DNA of 64,000 nucleotides from an uncultured Candidatus Binatia bacterium (GTDB taxonomy: Bacteria; Desulfobacterota; Binatia; UBA9968; JAJDTQ01), in contig OZ243916.1 in assembly GCA_965213675.1 (NCBI GenBank), positions 160,001-224,000 of the forward strand, given 5' to 3'. The notes under the pieces were generated by a model that was given only the letters and a program-made list of their open reading frames with translations, was not told where the DNA came from and made no database searches. Of the stretch, positions 28,026 through 38,178 are shown piece after piece (the first letter of the stretch is position 1; the number at the start of each line of letters is the position of its first letter). The position numbers and the translations under genes are program-made.

Positions 28026-28958
28026 TCACGGCAGCAGCAGCCCGGACCGCAGCAGCGCCCGGCGGATGCGCTCGCGCTCGTCGTCGCCGATGCGCCGGAG
28101 GGGCGGGCGCACCACCGCCTTGTCGATGCGTCCGAGCATGGCCAGCGCTTCCTTCATGCGGTTGTGCATGTCCACGAAGGGCGGCGCGTAGAATACCTCC
28201 ACCAGGGGTGCGAGGCGGTCGTTGATGCGGCGGCCGGCATCCAGGTCCCCGGCCTGCACCGCGCGGAAGAGCTCCGCGTGCAGGTCGGCGGTGACGCTGC
28301 CCATTCCCGAGATGGAACCGTCCGCGCCCAGGACGTAGCTCCCGAACAGTGACATGGTGTAGCTGCTCAGCATGGCCACGGGCCGGCCGGTGCCGCGCAG
28401 GGCGCGCAGGTTGGCCTCCAGCGCCGCCATGTCGTTGCTCCAGTCCTTGACTCCCACCACGTGGTCGATCTCCGCCAGCCGCGCCAGCGTATCGGGAGCG
28501 TAGCCGATGCCGATGGCCGGCGGATACTCGAAGACGATCAGCGGCAGGTCGGTGGCCTCCGCGATGGTCTCGAAATGGACCACGGCCATCTCGGGCCGGA
28601 GCCGGGCGCCCCACATGAACAGCGTCGGCGGGAACACCAGGAGACCGGCCGCGCCCTCGGCCTTGGCGTCCCTGGCGAGCTCGGCGGCCTCCAGGGTGTT
28701 GTCCGTGTAGATGCCGGAGATGAGTTCCACGCGGTCGCCCACCGCGTCGGCGGCGAGGGCCAGCGCCCGGCGCCGCTCCTCCCGGTCCAGCGAGGACACC
28801 TCGCCCGCGTGCCCGTTGCACACGATGGCGTCGACGCCGTCCACGTTGGCCAGCCAGGACAGGTGCTTCCGGTAGTTGACCTCGTCGAAGGAGAGGTCCG
28901 CGTGGAAGGGGAGCAGGTTGGCCGGGATGGCGCCTTGGAATCGGAGTGCGCTGGTCAT
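28026..28958 (-). CDS. Dihydrodipicolinate synthase (DapA/NAL) family protein
   Basis: NGHAGEVSSL...ER, VVGVKD (Schiff-base Lys), MKEAL..LG....VRPPL. Confidence 0.88.
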   Translation of the reverse strand: MTSALRFQGAIPANLLPFHADLSFDEVNYRKHLSWLANVDGVDAIVCNGHAGEVSSLDREERRRALALAADAVGDRVELISGIYTDNTLEAAELARDAKAEGAAGLLVFPPTLFMWGARLRPEMAVVHFETIAEATDLPLIVFEYPPAIGIGYAPDTLARLAEIDHVVGVKDWSNDMAALEANLRALRGTGRPVAMLSSYTMSLFGSYVLGADGSISGMGSVTADLHAELFRAVQAGDLDAGRRINDRLAPLVEVFYAPPFVDMHNRMKEALAMLGRIDKAVVRPPLRRIGDDERERIRRALLRSGLLLP

Positions 28959-29157
28959 GACGTTCCTCCTGTCGGTTCACAACCATGATAGTGAGCCCCA
29001 CGCCCGTGAACAAGGGGATGGTTCGTGGCCTTCGCGCGATCAGCAGGTGCGCGTGCGGCCTGCGCTCGCCAGGACGTACACGGTGGTGGATGGCTGGACC
29101 TTCATGGCCACCCGCCTGTGAGCGGTTTCCGCCCGTTATGGAGATCGGGTCGAAACA

Positions 29158-30750
29158 TCAGTGAGTGTCGAAGATCTCCTGGTAGCGCGCGATGGCCGCC
29201 ACCGTCGACTCGCGTTCCCGCGCGGAGGGGTTGCGTGGGTCGCGCGCTTTGGGCAGAGGCCCCAGGCGCAACAGCGCGGCGCGCAGCAGCACCCGGGCCT
29301 TGGTGGCGTCGAGGTTGCTTCCCTCGATGGTCAGGTCGTTGGGGTTGGAGGGCAGGGCGCCCTCGGGGTCGCCCCGGCTCACCCGCGCCACCGGCATGCC
29401 GTGGTACGCGGCGATGGCCAGGGCCGCGCTCTGGCTGTGGAGCGCGGAGCCTGTGCCGGCGGCGCCCTCCAGCACGAAGCCGTGGAAGCGCGGAGAGCCC
29501 GGCTCCGCGGACCTTTGCTGCGCGAGCCCGCGCTGGATGCGCGCCATGATGTCCACTTCCACGTCGGGATCGGCGGTGTCCTCCTCCGCCATGTAGTGGC
29601 CGTACTTCACCACATGCACCGGCGCGATGACGTCGCCGCGGAGCAAGCCGTCGCCGTCCTTGATGCGGATGACCGCGGTGGCGGCGCTGTCGCCGAATTC
29701 CTGAAACCGGACCTCCGCTGGCAGGTCCTTCACCGCGAGGGCGGATTCCCCCGTGGTGCGGTACGCGGGCCGGAACCACACGCGCACCTCGTGGCCCGCG
29801 CTGCCGAGCACGCCGCCGTGTCCGCCGGTGGCGCGGTAGCCCCCCGGCCGCGCGTCGCCCTTCTTGAAGTTGCGCGCCGCGAAGATGTGTTCGTCCACGA
29901 TGCCCACCGCGCCGAGTCCGCTCCCCAGCCCCGACGCGATATAGCGCGTGGCGTCCACGATGTTGCGGTCGCCGTCGTTGGCCAGGGCGCCGTGGGGACG
30001 CTGTGACGCAATGCCCACGAAGGGCAGGGGGGTGTCCAGCACGAGGCTCAGCCAGTACAGGGTCTCCTCCACGTGGGGGCTCCCTTCCAGCCAGATGAAA
30101 CCGTCGTAGCGCCCGGAGTCGATGGTGCGTTGCACCAGGTTCACCGCCCGGGCCATGGCCGCCTGGGGCGGAAACTTCCCCAGGGGTCGCGGGCTGTACG
30201 GAAAGAAGTCGCGTCCGGCCGCCTCCCCCTGCTTCAGGTAGCCGGCGGGAGGCAGCACGCGCACGAAGTCGAACTCCGCCAGCCGGTCCAGCGCGCTCGC
30301 CGCGCCGTCGTGTCCGCGCCCGCCCAAGCCGCGGTCAATGTCCTCGAAGAGCCGGGACGCATCGGGAAAGAACGTTTGCCGCCCGCCGTAGCCCAGGGCC
30401 GCGTCGCGCAGGTCGCTCTCCTCGAAGGGCGCGCCCGCCTCCGAGCCGTCGGCCCGGCGCGCCACATAGGGCAGGGGATAGGCGCCGTCCTCCGGGCGCA
30501 GTTCCACCTCGTAGTACGGCTTGCCGTCGTCGTGGTAGACCCCGGACGCGTCGGACTCCAGCGGGTGCGCGCTGAACTTCTCGATGCGCACTCGCACGGG
30601 CTCGTGCAGCCGCTGGGGCACCAAGTGATCGAAGCGGCCTGCCAAGTGCCGGTCACCCGCCACCCGCCCCTTGTTGCTCGTCACCAGCGCGGGCGTATTG
30701 GCAATGGTGGCGCGCGCTCCCGAGAACACCGCGATGCGTGGCTTGGGCAT
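29158..30750 (-). CDS. Asparaginase-domain protein (divergent)
   Basis: ATIANT, EGSPHVEETLYWL, SQRP......DGDRNI, GSNLDATKARVLL. Confidence 0.7.
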   Translation of the reverse strand: MPKPRIAVFSGARATIANTPALVTSNKGRVAGDRHLAGRFDHLVPQRLHEPVRVRIEKFSAHPLESDASGVYHDDGKPYYEVELRPEDGAYPLPYVARRADGSEAGAPFEESDLRDAALGYGGRQTFFPDASRLFEDIDRGLGGRGHDGAASALDRLAEFDFVRVLPPAGYLKQGEAAGRDFFPYSPRPLGKFPPQAAMARAVNLVQRTIDSGRYDGFIWLEGSPHVEETLYWLSLVLDTPLPFVGIASQRPHGALANDGDRNIVDATRYIASGLGSGLGAVGIVDEHIFAARNFKKGDARPGGYRATGGHGGVLGSAGHEVRVWFRPAYRTTGESALAVKDLPAEVRFQEFGDSAATAVIRIKDGDGLLRGDVIAPVHVVKYGHYMAEEDTADPDVEVDIMARIQRGLAQQRSAEPGSPRFHGFVLEGAAGTGSALHSQSAALAIAAYHGMPVARVSRGDPEGALPSNPNDLTIEGSNLDATKARVLLRAALLRLGPLPKARDPRNPSARERESTVAAIARYQEIFDTH

Positions 30751-30862
30751 GAACGTTCTTCTCCCGTGTGCCGGCGGCCGGTAGAACCTCGACGATAGTG
30801 CTATGTGGCACGATCTGGCGCCAATGGTTGATCAAACCAGAGCGCCTGCGCCGCCTCCGCTG

Positions 30863-31786
30863 TCAGAAAACGACCCGCCCTTCCGCCCACGCGCGGATCA
30901 GGTGGTGGGCGATGGCGACGGGGTCGGGCACACGCAGGTTGGGGTTCTGGCCGGCCAGGGCGGAGAGGACTTCCGCCCGGGTGAACCAGCGCACGTCGGT
31001 CATTTCCTCGTCGTCCTTGACGATGTCGGTGGTCAGGGCCTTGCCGTGGCAGCCGATCATGAGGGAGGAGGGGAAGGGCCAGGGTTGCGAGGAGTGGTAG
31101 CGCACCTCGCCCACGGTGATGCCGGCCTCCTCCTGGACCTCCCGCCGCACCGCCTCCTCGATGCACTCGGCCTGGTCGATAAACCCCGCCAGGGCGGAAT
31201 AGCGGCCGGAGCGGGCGAGGCGCCCCCGGGACTGGCCCAGCAGGGCGCGCTCGCCGTCGGTCACGACCATGATGGCCACGGGATCGGTGCGCGGAAAGTG
31301 TTCGGCGTTGCAGGCGCCGCACTTGCGCACCTGTCCGCCGCGTCCCTGCTCGGTGGCGCCGCCGCACAGGCCGCAGAAACGGTGCCGGCGGTGCCAGTCC
31401 ACTTGAGCCTTGGCCTGCGCCAGGATGCCCACGTCCTCGTGCTTGAGTTGGGCCGCCGCCGCCCGCGCCTCGACGAAGCTCCAGGGTTCGCGGACATTCA
31501 AGGCGCGGAGCGGCTCTTCGGCCGCGGACACGTCCACCGCGAAGTGACAGGCGCCGTCCAGGATGCCGAGGAAGACCGGCGGGGCGTCAAGGGCCAGCCG
31601 TTCCATGATCGCGGGTTCCACCCAACCGAGTTGGGCCGCCGCGCCGTTGCGCAGCAGGATTTCGAGCCGCCACAGGGGCAGGTAGCGGGACCGGGGGTCG
31701 CGCGCCGCCTGCCTGAGCCAGTCCTCGTCCCGGCGCGGTACGTCGCCCCGGTCCAGGGGATTGCCGGAGAAAACGTGCTGCGTCAT
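30863..31786 (-). CDS. nudC: NAD(+) diphosphatase / NADH pyrophosphatase
   Basis: FCGLCG...C..C zinc finger, FPRTDP, Nudix box AGF....E..EEAVRREV.EEAG, SQPWPFPSSLM. Confidence 0.92.
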   Translation of the reverse strand: MTQHVFSGNPLDRGDVPRRDEDWLRQAARDPRSRYLPLWRLEILLRNGAAAQLGWVEPAIMERLALDAPPVFLGILDGACHFAVDVSAAEEPLRALNVREPWSFVEARAAAAQLKHEDVGILAQAKAQVDWHRRHRFCGLCGGATEQGRGGQVRKCGACNAEHFPRTDPVAIMVVTDGERALLGQSRGRLARSGRYSALAGFIDQAECIEEAVRREVQEEAGITVGEVRYHSSQPWPFPSSLMIGCHGKALTTDIVKDDEEMTDVRWFTRAEVLSALAGQNPNLRVPDPVAIAHHLIRAWAEGRVVF

Positions 31787-31952
31787 GATCGTGGATGACT
31801 CCTGTTCGCGTGTTGCCATGGCATGGGGGCCGGCGCGCCGGAACTGTCCGGCCGATGTTCCGGACGACGACTGGCTCCAAGGCCGGCGGCGTCGCAAGTC
31901 CCCTGGGAGACGCCACATTCGGCTCGGAACGGCAACGCGGCCGGCGCCGGGT

Positions 31953-34190
31953 TCACACGAGCCCCCAGGTCCGCCGCAGCCACCATTCCGCGCCCAGCAG
32001 CAGCACGGCAAGGGCAAACAGCAGCGGCTCGTTCCATAGCGCCACGCGGCTTCGCGCCACGATGCGCGACGGCGCAGCCTGTTCCATCACGCGCTCGAAC
32101 TCCGACCAGTGGGCGTCGGTCAACGATGCGGCGGGCACGAACAGCCCCCGGCTGCGCTCGGCCACCACTTGCAGCAATTCCGGCCGCGGCCGGCCGTCGT
32201 CGTTCTCCTCCGAGGGCAGCGCCACCAGGAAGTTGTGGGCGGCGCTTCCCAAGGGTTTTCCCCCGTCCGCGGCCCGCGCCTCGATGCGGTGCGAGCCCTC
32301 CATCAGCGGCGTAAATATCGCGCGGTACTCGCCCGGCTGCTCGGTCGCCGGGGCTTCCAGCGGAGACTGCTCGCCCTCCGGGCCCGTCACCACTACCTGG
32401 AGCACCGGGTCCTGGGCCGGCGTGTGGTCGTCGCGCAGCACGCGGATGCGGAATTCGTGCTTTTCTCCCGGCTGCCGTGAACCGGCCACCGCGACGATCT
32501 GCACCTGGTTGAACGCGGGTTCCCGCGCAAGCCAGCGAACGCTGTTGCGGATCAGTTTCAGATGCAGCTGGGGGTTCTGGTCAAGTCCCACGGCGTCGAA
32601 GTTCCAGCGCCACAGGTCGTCGCTGGCGAATGCCAGGGAACGCCCCTTGTCGTGCCGGCTCACGGTGAGCAGCGGCATCTGGCGCCCACCCACTTGCGCC
32701 GACAGCAGCACCTCGCCGTCGGCCTGCGCCACCTCGTTGAGGGTGGTCAGAGGGGGCAGCGTGCGCCACGCTTCTTCATTGGCCGCGGGGTCCGCGAAGA
32801 CCCGCGTGAGGGGGTGCGCCTGCCCCGCGGGCGTCAGGCTGGCGCGCGCGGCCACGCCGGTGCGGAACGCGCCGCGCCCGTCGAGCTTCACCGGCAACAC
32901 GGCGCTGAGAGCTGTCTCGTGGTAACCGCCGCGGTCGAAGGCGCGCGCGCCGCCGAGCATGGCGAGGCCGCCGCCGGCGCGCACGAAGTCCCGGATGTTC
33001 TCGAAGTAAACCGGATTGAAGTAGGTGCGGTGCGAGAAGTCGTCGAGGATCAGCACGTCGAAGTTCTTCAACTCCTCGACGAAGATCTCGTCAATGGGAA
33101 ACGGGATCAGGCTCATCTCGTTCTGGCTCACGTCCACCACATCGCTGGGAGTGCGCAGGAAGACGAACGACACCAGTTCCAGGAACGGGTCCTGCTTCAG
33201 CGCGAAGCGCAGAAAACGGTAGTTCCACGAGGGCGAGCCCGACAACGTCAGCACCCGGAGCTTGTCGCGCCGCACCTCCATGCGGAACGCCTTGCGGTTG
33301 TTGCGAGCGATGCTCTCGCCGGCCTGCTCGGGCAGGGTCAGAGTAAAGCCGTGGGTTCCCAACTCCCGCGGCGTGTAGTTCAGCGTGACGCGGTTCTCGT
33401 AGACGTCGCGGTCGATGTGGATGGGATGGGTGGAGATGAGGTTCCGGCCCAGGTTGAAGTAGAGGGGGACCTGAACCCCGGCCATGCCGAAGGCCTGGAT
33501 GGTGAACTCGATGGCGGTGGCGCGCCCGCGGAAGGCCATTTCCGGCGTGCGCAAACCCGTGAGGCGCAGGTCCCTGAAACCCTCGGTCTGGCCCACGCCG
33601 ACGGCCATGATCGGCCGCGGGTGGCCGGTGAAGGCGTCCAGAGCGCCAGCCGGGTTGACGATGCCGTCGGACACCACCACGACCCCGGCGGCGTCCGGTT
33701 CGTTCTCGTTCACCTGGCGCAACGCGTGGAACAAACGACTGGCCCCGCCCGCGGCGCTCACCCCGGCGAGGGCGTCCGGCTCCAGGGGATGGGGCTCGCG
33801 GTCGTAGGCGTAGTATTTGACGTCATGGTTTCCGGCCAGTCCGCGGGTAAGCCCCGTTGCGCCAAGGACTTCCCTGGCCGCGTCCAGCCGGTTGTCGCCG
33901 CCCTCGCCTGACGGAAGCTGCATGCTCTCGGAGGAGTCCAGGAGCACCACCAACGGGCGCCGCAGCGAAGTGGGTTCCTCCACGGTGCGCGCCGGCCCCA
34001 GCAGAAACAACAGCAGCAGCGCGTACACCGAGCCGCGCAGGCACGTCAGCAGTGTCGCCTTGCCGAGCCCCAGGCTCCGGTGCAGGAAGCGGAACTGGTG
34101 CAGCAGAAAGCCCGCCGCCGCCAGGGCCAGCCCGGCAGCCAGCCACCACGGAACCCCGCCGCCCAGCACGATGTCCGTAATCCCCGTCAT
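31953..34190 (-). CDS. Membrane protein with VWA-like and glutamine amidotransferase-like domains (MoxR-associated)
   Basis: N-terminal TM segments, LDSSESM, VVVSDG, GGGLAMLGG, LWRW, C-terminal EWWLRR..GL. Confidence 0.8.
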   Translation of the reverse strand: MTGITDIVLGGGVPWWLAAGLALAAAGFLLHQFRFLHRSLGLGKATLLTCLRGSVYALLLLFLLGPARTVEEPTSLRRPLVVLLDSSESMQLPSGEGGDNRLDAAREVLGATGLTRGLAGNHDVKYYAYDREPHPLEPDALAGVSAAGGASRLFHALRQVNENEPDAAGVVVVSDGIVNPAGALDAFTGHPRPIMAVGVGQTEGFRDLRLTGLRTPEMAFRGRATAIEFTIQAFGMAGVQVPLYFNLGRNLISTHPIHIDRDVYENRVTLNYTPRELGTHGFTLTLPEQAGESIARNNRKAFRMEVRRDKLRVLTLSGSPSWNYRFLRFALKQDPFLELVSFVFLRTPSDVVDVSQNEMSLIPFPIDEIFVEELKNFDVLILDDFSHRTYFNPVYFENIRDFVRAGGGLAMLGGARAFDRGGYHETALSAVLPVKLDGRGAFRTGVAARASLTPAGQAHPLTRVFADPAANEEAWRTLPPLTTLNEVAQADGEVLLSAQVGGRQMPLLTVSRHDKGRSLAFASDDLWRWNFDAVGLDQNPQLHLKLIRNSVRWLAREPAFNQVQIVAVAGSRQPGEKHEFRIRVLRDDHTPAQDPVLQVVVTGPEGEQSPLEAPATEQPGEYRAIFTPLMEGSHRIEARAADGGKPLGSAAHNFLVALPSEENDDGRPRPELLQVVAERSRGLFVPAASLTDAHWSEFERVMEQAAPSRIVARSRVALWNEPLLFALAVLLLGAEWWLRRTWGLV

Positions 34191-34196
34191 GTCGTC

Positions 34197-34982
34197 CTAT
34201 TGTGTCAAGCGCCGCCGGATGAACGGCACGTGAATCAGGTCCTGCTTGTAGTTGCCGGTCATGGAGTAGAGGATCAGGTTGACGCCCAGGTGGAACGCAT
34301 CACGCCGTTGCTTCTCGCCGTTGGGAACGCAGGGGTGGCTCCAGCGTCCCAGTCCGTCGCGTTCCCAGGCCCCGCCCAGGTCGTTGTGGCAATAGACCAC
34401 CGGCGTGGTCTCGCCCAAATGGATCCCCTCCAGGTACGGGCTGGTGGCGACGCGGCCGCCGATGCGGCTGATCAGGTAGTAGCTGCGCAATAGTGCATGG
34501 GTCAGGGGCACCTTCTGCAACGCCTGCTCCGGAAACACCCGCTTCATCTCCGCGCGGAAGCGCCGGTCGAAACCGTATCCCAGTTGTCCGAGGGTGTTGT
34601 CCGCGAGCAGGAAGCCTCCAAAGGAGAGGAAACGCCGCAGGATCCCCACCTCGCCGTCCGACAACGGCTGGAAGTCGTACTTGCCGGCCATGTACAGGAA
34701 GGGATGCGAGAACAGATCCCGGTCCGTGAGGGCCACCACGCGCCGCTCCTTTCCGGCTTCCACGCTGGTGCGCCGCATCAGTTCTTCCATCATCGGCGTG
34801 ACCGCGCGCGGCCGTGGATCCCAGTCCCCGCCGCGATAGCGTAGCTGGGCGAAGACGAACTGGATGCGCGGGTCCGCTTGCCCGGTGGAGGCGGATTGCG
34901 CCGCCGCCGGCGTGGCCGGCAAGCCCCATGCGGCGCCGGCCGCCGTTCCCAGAACGCCCTGCAGAAACCGTCGCCTATTCAT
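34197..34982 (-). CDS. DUF4159 domain protein with a Tat signal
   Basis: MNRRRFL Tat motif; HPFLYMAG, GGFLLAD, NDLGGAW, GVNLILY. Confidence 0.88.
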   Translation of the reverse strand: MNRRRFLQGVLGTAAGAAWGLPATPAAAQSASTGQADPRIQFVFAQLRYRGGDWDPRPRAVTPMMEELMRRTSVEAGKERRVVALTDRDLFSHPFLYMAGKYDFQPLSDGEVGILRRFLSFGGFLLADNTLGQLGYGFDRRFRAEMKRVFPEQALQKVPLTHALLRSYYLISRIGGRVATSPYLEGIHLGETTPVVYCHNDLGGAWERDGLGRWSHPCVPNGEKQRRDAFHLGVNLILYSMTGNYKQDLIHVPFIRRRLTQ

Positions 34983-37071
34983 AGTTCCGTTGTCCCAGCC
35001 AACCCTCGAACAGCAGCGTCGCCATCAGCAACACCACCAGGGCCAGCGCGAGATCGGTGCGGCTCCCGCCCGCGGACAGGACGCCCGCCGCCATCACCTC
35101 GTGGTTCACCGGCCCGAGCTTCCGTTCCAGTTCCTCGGCGCCCATGCGTTCGAGGCGCGATTCGAGGACCGGCGGGTTCACCGCGTACAGCGCGGCTACG
35201 TCCACGTCGGCCGAAGGCGGCACCACCCGGTAGATGCCCGCGAAGTGGTTGCCGTCGAAGGCGCCGGCGGCCTTGTCGTCAGCGGCCGCAAGCGTCACCG
35301 TCTTCTCCGACCGTGTGGGATCGACGACCCGCAGCAGCTTGCCCGCGTGCACCGCCGCCGCGGTCCACCGCTTGTCCTCGCCCGCGGTGATGCCCGTGTC
35401 CACCGAACCGCGGCTGCCGCCCGCCAGATAGTTTGCCAGGGACTGCATCAGCGGCACGAAGCCGGTCTTGAGCGGCAGGTTGTTCCACGCGCTGTCGGCA
35501 CTGGTGGTGAGCAGAAGGACGCGGCCCTGGCCCACTTCCTTCTCCAGCAGCAGCGGTTGCCCGTTGCCGAGGCGCATGACGACACGTCCGCCGGTGGGCG
35601 TCACCTCGAACCAGGACGAAACCCTGGCCCCGCGCAGGGAATCCAGCAGGCGCTTGTCGCCGAAGGCCGCCAGCGCCGGATGCGATGCGTCCACCTCGTC
35701 CACGCCCACGTTCTGGTCCAGGGGCACGCGCCGCCGTTCCCCCAAGGGACCGGGCAGGAGCCGCGCCGGGCCGTCCCACAGGAGCCGGTTGTACGCCTCG
35801 GCGGTCACCCGGTCGCCCAGGGAAAGAAGCAGGCCGCCGCCAGTCTCCACGAAGGCCGCGAGCCGGCCCACGAAGGCGTCGGGCAGATCCGGCACGTTGG
35901 CCAGCATCACGACCTGGTAGCCCTCGGGGTTCACCTGCCCGAGGGCGCCGCCCAGGATGACCTCCGGCAGCAGCACGGAGTTTGCCAGGTCGCCCGACGG
36001 ATTGAGGGCGCGGCTCAGGAAGAAGGTTTCGCTCGCCACCAGGGCGCGCTGGGGGTCGCCGTCCACCAGCAGGATGTTCAGCCGGTCGCGGGTGTGGATG
36101 GTGAAGTAGTGCCGCCGGTTCCCGGAAAAACCGTCGCCATGGAGGGAAACGTAGCCGGCATGGCTCCCCGGCCGCTCCAGCTTGAAGCGGAAACCCAGGG
36201 TGGACTCGGCGTCCGCCGGCAGCGTGACCTGCTTCTCGCTGCGCACCTTGTCGTCGAGGGTCAGGCGCACGGTGACATTGGGGATCTCGCCAGGGGTGAA
36301 GTTCACCACCGTGGCGGCGAGTTCGAGGTCCAGGCCCGGGGCTACGTCCGCGGTGCGCGACACCAGCGCCTTGATGGTGGCGCTCGGCGGGGCGGCGGCG
36401 CCCACGGTGACGATCTTCAGCGGCACCGTGGGGTCGTACTCGCCCACGGCTGGCAAGGACAGCCGGTCCCATCCCGATACGCCGAGGTCCGTGACCACCC
36501 AGATCGCCTTCTGCCCGCCCGCCCCGCGCAAGAGCCCGTAGGCGGTGCGCAGCGCCGTGGTGAAGTCCGCGGCGCCGGCGGTACCGGCCAGGGGCAACAG
36601 GTCCTTGAGGGTCGCTTCCTCGGGCGTCTTGAGCGCCGGCGTTTTCGAGCCCACCGGATTGGTGGCGATGACCGCGGCGCGGTCGTTCTCGTCCAGCGCT
36701 TCCAGGATGCGGCCAGCGGCTTCCCGGGCTTCGTCGAAGGGAGCGCCGTCCGCGCGCACCTCCATGCTCAGCGAGTTGTCCACGATGAGGATCGCGGTGA
36801 GGGGCGCGCCGCGGGCCGCGAGACCCACGCCAGTCTCCCACAGAGGATGCGCCAACAGCAGCGCGAGCAAGAGCACCGCGAGGGTGCGCACCGCCAGCAA
36901 CAGCCAGTTGCGCAGGTTGTAGGTGCGCGCCACGCGCCGTTGCGAGATGAGCACGAAGCGCACCGCGGGGAAGCGCAGCCGCTTCTGCTGGCGCCGGTTG
37001 AGCAGGTGGATCACCAACGGGATTGCGCCCGCCGCCAGCGCCACGAGGTAGAGCGGGTAGAGGAAAGTCAG
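34975..37071 (-). CDS. BatA N-terminal domain / VWA membrane protein; probable CTG start
   Basis: (M)TFLYPLYLVALAAGAIPLVIHLL.R....FPAVRF, DNSLSM MIDAS, C-terminal LLFEGWL; SD GGAGGA 6 nt before CTG at 37071. Confidence 0.85.
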   Translation of the reverse strand: MTFLYPLYLVALAAGAIPLVIHLLNRRQQKRLRFPAVRFVLISQRRVARTYNLRNWLLLAVRTLAVLLLALLLAHPLWETGVGLAARGAPLTAILIVDNSLSMEVRADGAPFDEAREAAGRILEALDENDRAAVIATNPVGSKTPALKTPEEATLKDLLPLAGTAGAADFTTALRTAYGLLRGAGGQKAIWVVTDLGVSGWDRLSLPAVGEYDPTVPLKIVTVGAAAPPSATIKALVSRTADVAPGLDLELAATVVNFTPGEIPNVTVRLTLDDKVRSEKQVTLPADAESTLGFRFKLERPGSHAGYVSLHGDGFSGNRRHYFTIHTRDRLNILLVDGDPQRALVASETFFLSRALNPSGDLANSVLLPEVILGGALGQVNPEGYQVVMLANVPDLPDAFVGRLAAFVETGGGLLLSLGDRVTAEAYNRLLWDGPARLLPGPLGERRRVPLDQNVGVDEVDASHPALAAFGDKRLLDSLRGARVSSWFEVTPTGGRVVMRLGNGQPLLLEKEVGQGRVLLLTTSADSAWNNLPLKTGFVPLMQSLANYLAGGSRGSVDTGITAGEDKRWTAAAVHAGKLLRVVDPTRSEKTVTLAAADDKAAGAFDGNHFAGIYRVVPPSADVDVAALYAVNPPVLESRLERMGAEELERKLGPVNHEVMAAGVLSAGGSRTDLALALVVLLMATLLFEGWLGQRNYE

Positions 37072-37072
37072 C

Positions 37073-37963
37073 TTACTTCCTCCAGCTCAGGTAGCTCACC
37101 AGAGCCTGGTCGAGGGGCGTGGCCGTGGACACCAGTTGATAGTCGATGGCGTACTGGTGACAGCCCGACCGCAGCGTATCGATGTGGTTGGCCATCACCC
37201 GGCGGTACTCCGCCTGGATGGCCCTGGGATCGGCGGTGACCCGGAGTCCGGGATCCTCGATGTCCTCGAACCGGGTGTTGCCGGAGAAGGGCAGGGTCAG
37301 CTCGGTCTCGTCCATCACGTGAAAGACGAGCACGTCGTTGCCCTTGAAGCGGAACAGGCGCAGTCCCTGGAGCACCGACTCGGCGTCGTCCAGCAGGTCC
37401 GACACCAGCACCACCAAGCCGCGCCGGCGGATGCCGCCGGCCACTTCCAGCAGCACCTTGCCCACGTCGGTGTCGCCGCGGGTGGTCTCGGCCTCGAGCC
37501 GTTGCAACAGCTCCACCATGTAGCCGCGGGTGGCCTTGGGCGGCAGGTGCGAGTCGATGTGGTCGGAGAAAGTGGTGAGGCCCGCGGCATCCTGCTGCCG
37601 CAGGATCAGGTAGGCCAGCGAAGCCACCAGGATGCAGCCGTACTGGAACTTCGTGACATCCCCCGACGCGTAGTCCATGGAGCCGCTCACGTCCAGCAGC
37701 AGGTGGGTCTTGAGGTTGCTCTCGTCCTCGTATTCCTTGATGAAGTAGCGGTCCAGCTTGCCCAGCGCCTTCCAGTCGATGCGCCGGATCTCGTCGCCAG
37801 GGGCGTACTCCCGGTGTTGTTCGAACTCGACGCTGAACCCCTTGGCCCGGCTCCGGTGAAGCCCCGCCATGACGCCTTCCACGACCCAGCGCGCCTTGAG
37901 ATGCAGGTTCGACAGCCGCGCCAGCACCGCGGGGTCGAAGTAGCTTTGTTCGGTGGTGGCCAT
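37073..37963 (-). CDS. DUF58 domain protein (MoxR-associated VWA-like)
   Basis: G.HRS...G.S.EF..HREY.PGDEIRRIDWK, DVSGSM, VSDL. Confidence 0.93.
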   Translation of the reverse strand: MATTEQSYFDPAVLARLSNLHLKARWVVEGVMAGLHRSRAKGFSVEFEQHREYAPGDEIRRIDWKALGKLDRYFIKEYEDESNLKTHLLLDVSGSMDYASGDVTKFQYGCILVASLAYLILRQQDAAGLTTFSDHIDSHLPPKATRGYMVELLQRLEAETTRGDTDVGKVLLEVAGGIRRRGLVVLVSDLLDDAESVLQGLRLFRFKGNDVLVFHVMDETELTLPFSGNTRFEDIEDPGLRVTADPRAIQAEYRRVMANHIDTLRSGCHQYAIDYQLVSTATPLDQALVSYLSWRK

Positions 37964-38178
37964 GTGCGTCGAAGCGACAGCGAACCATCCGCAACTAACC
38001 ACTTAATCGTGGCAAGCTCAAGGCGCAACAGCAAGGGCGTGGGCGTTGGAGCGAGCCGTATGGAAACTCACGCCTGCCAGCCCCGCGCCAACGGCATGTG
38101 GCCGCCCTTGGACCTTTGGATTATGCCGTGTCGATGGGTTACGCTTGGGCTTCGCTGGCGCCGGGTGGATGGCCCGTC

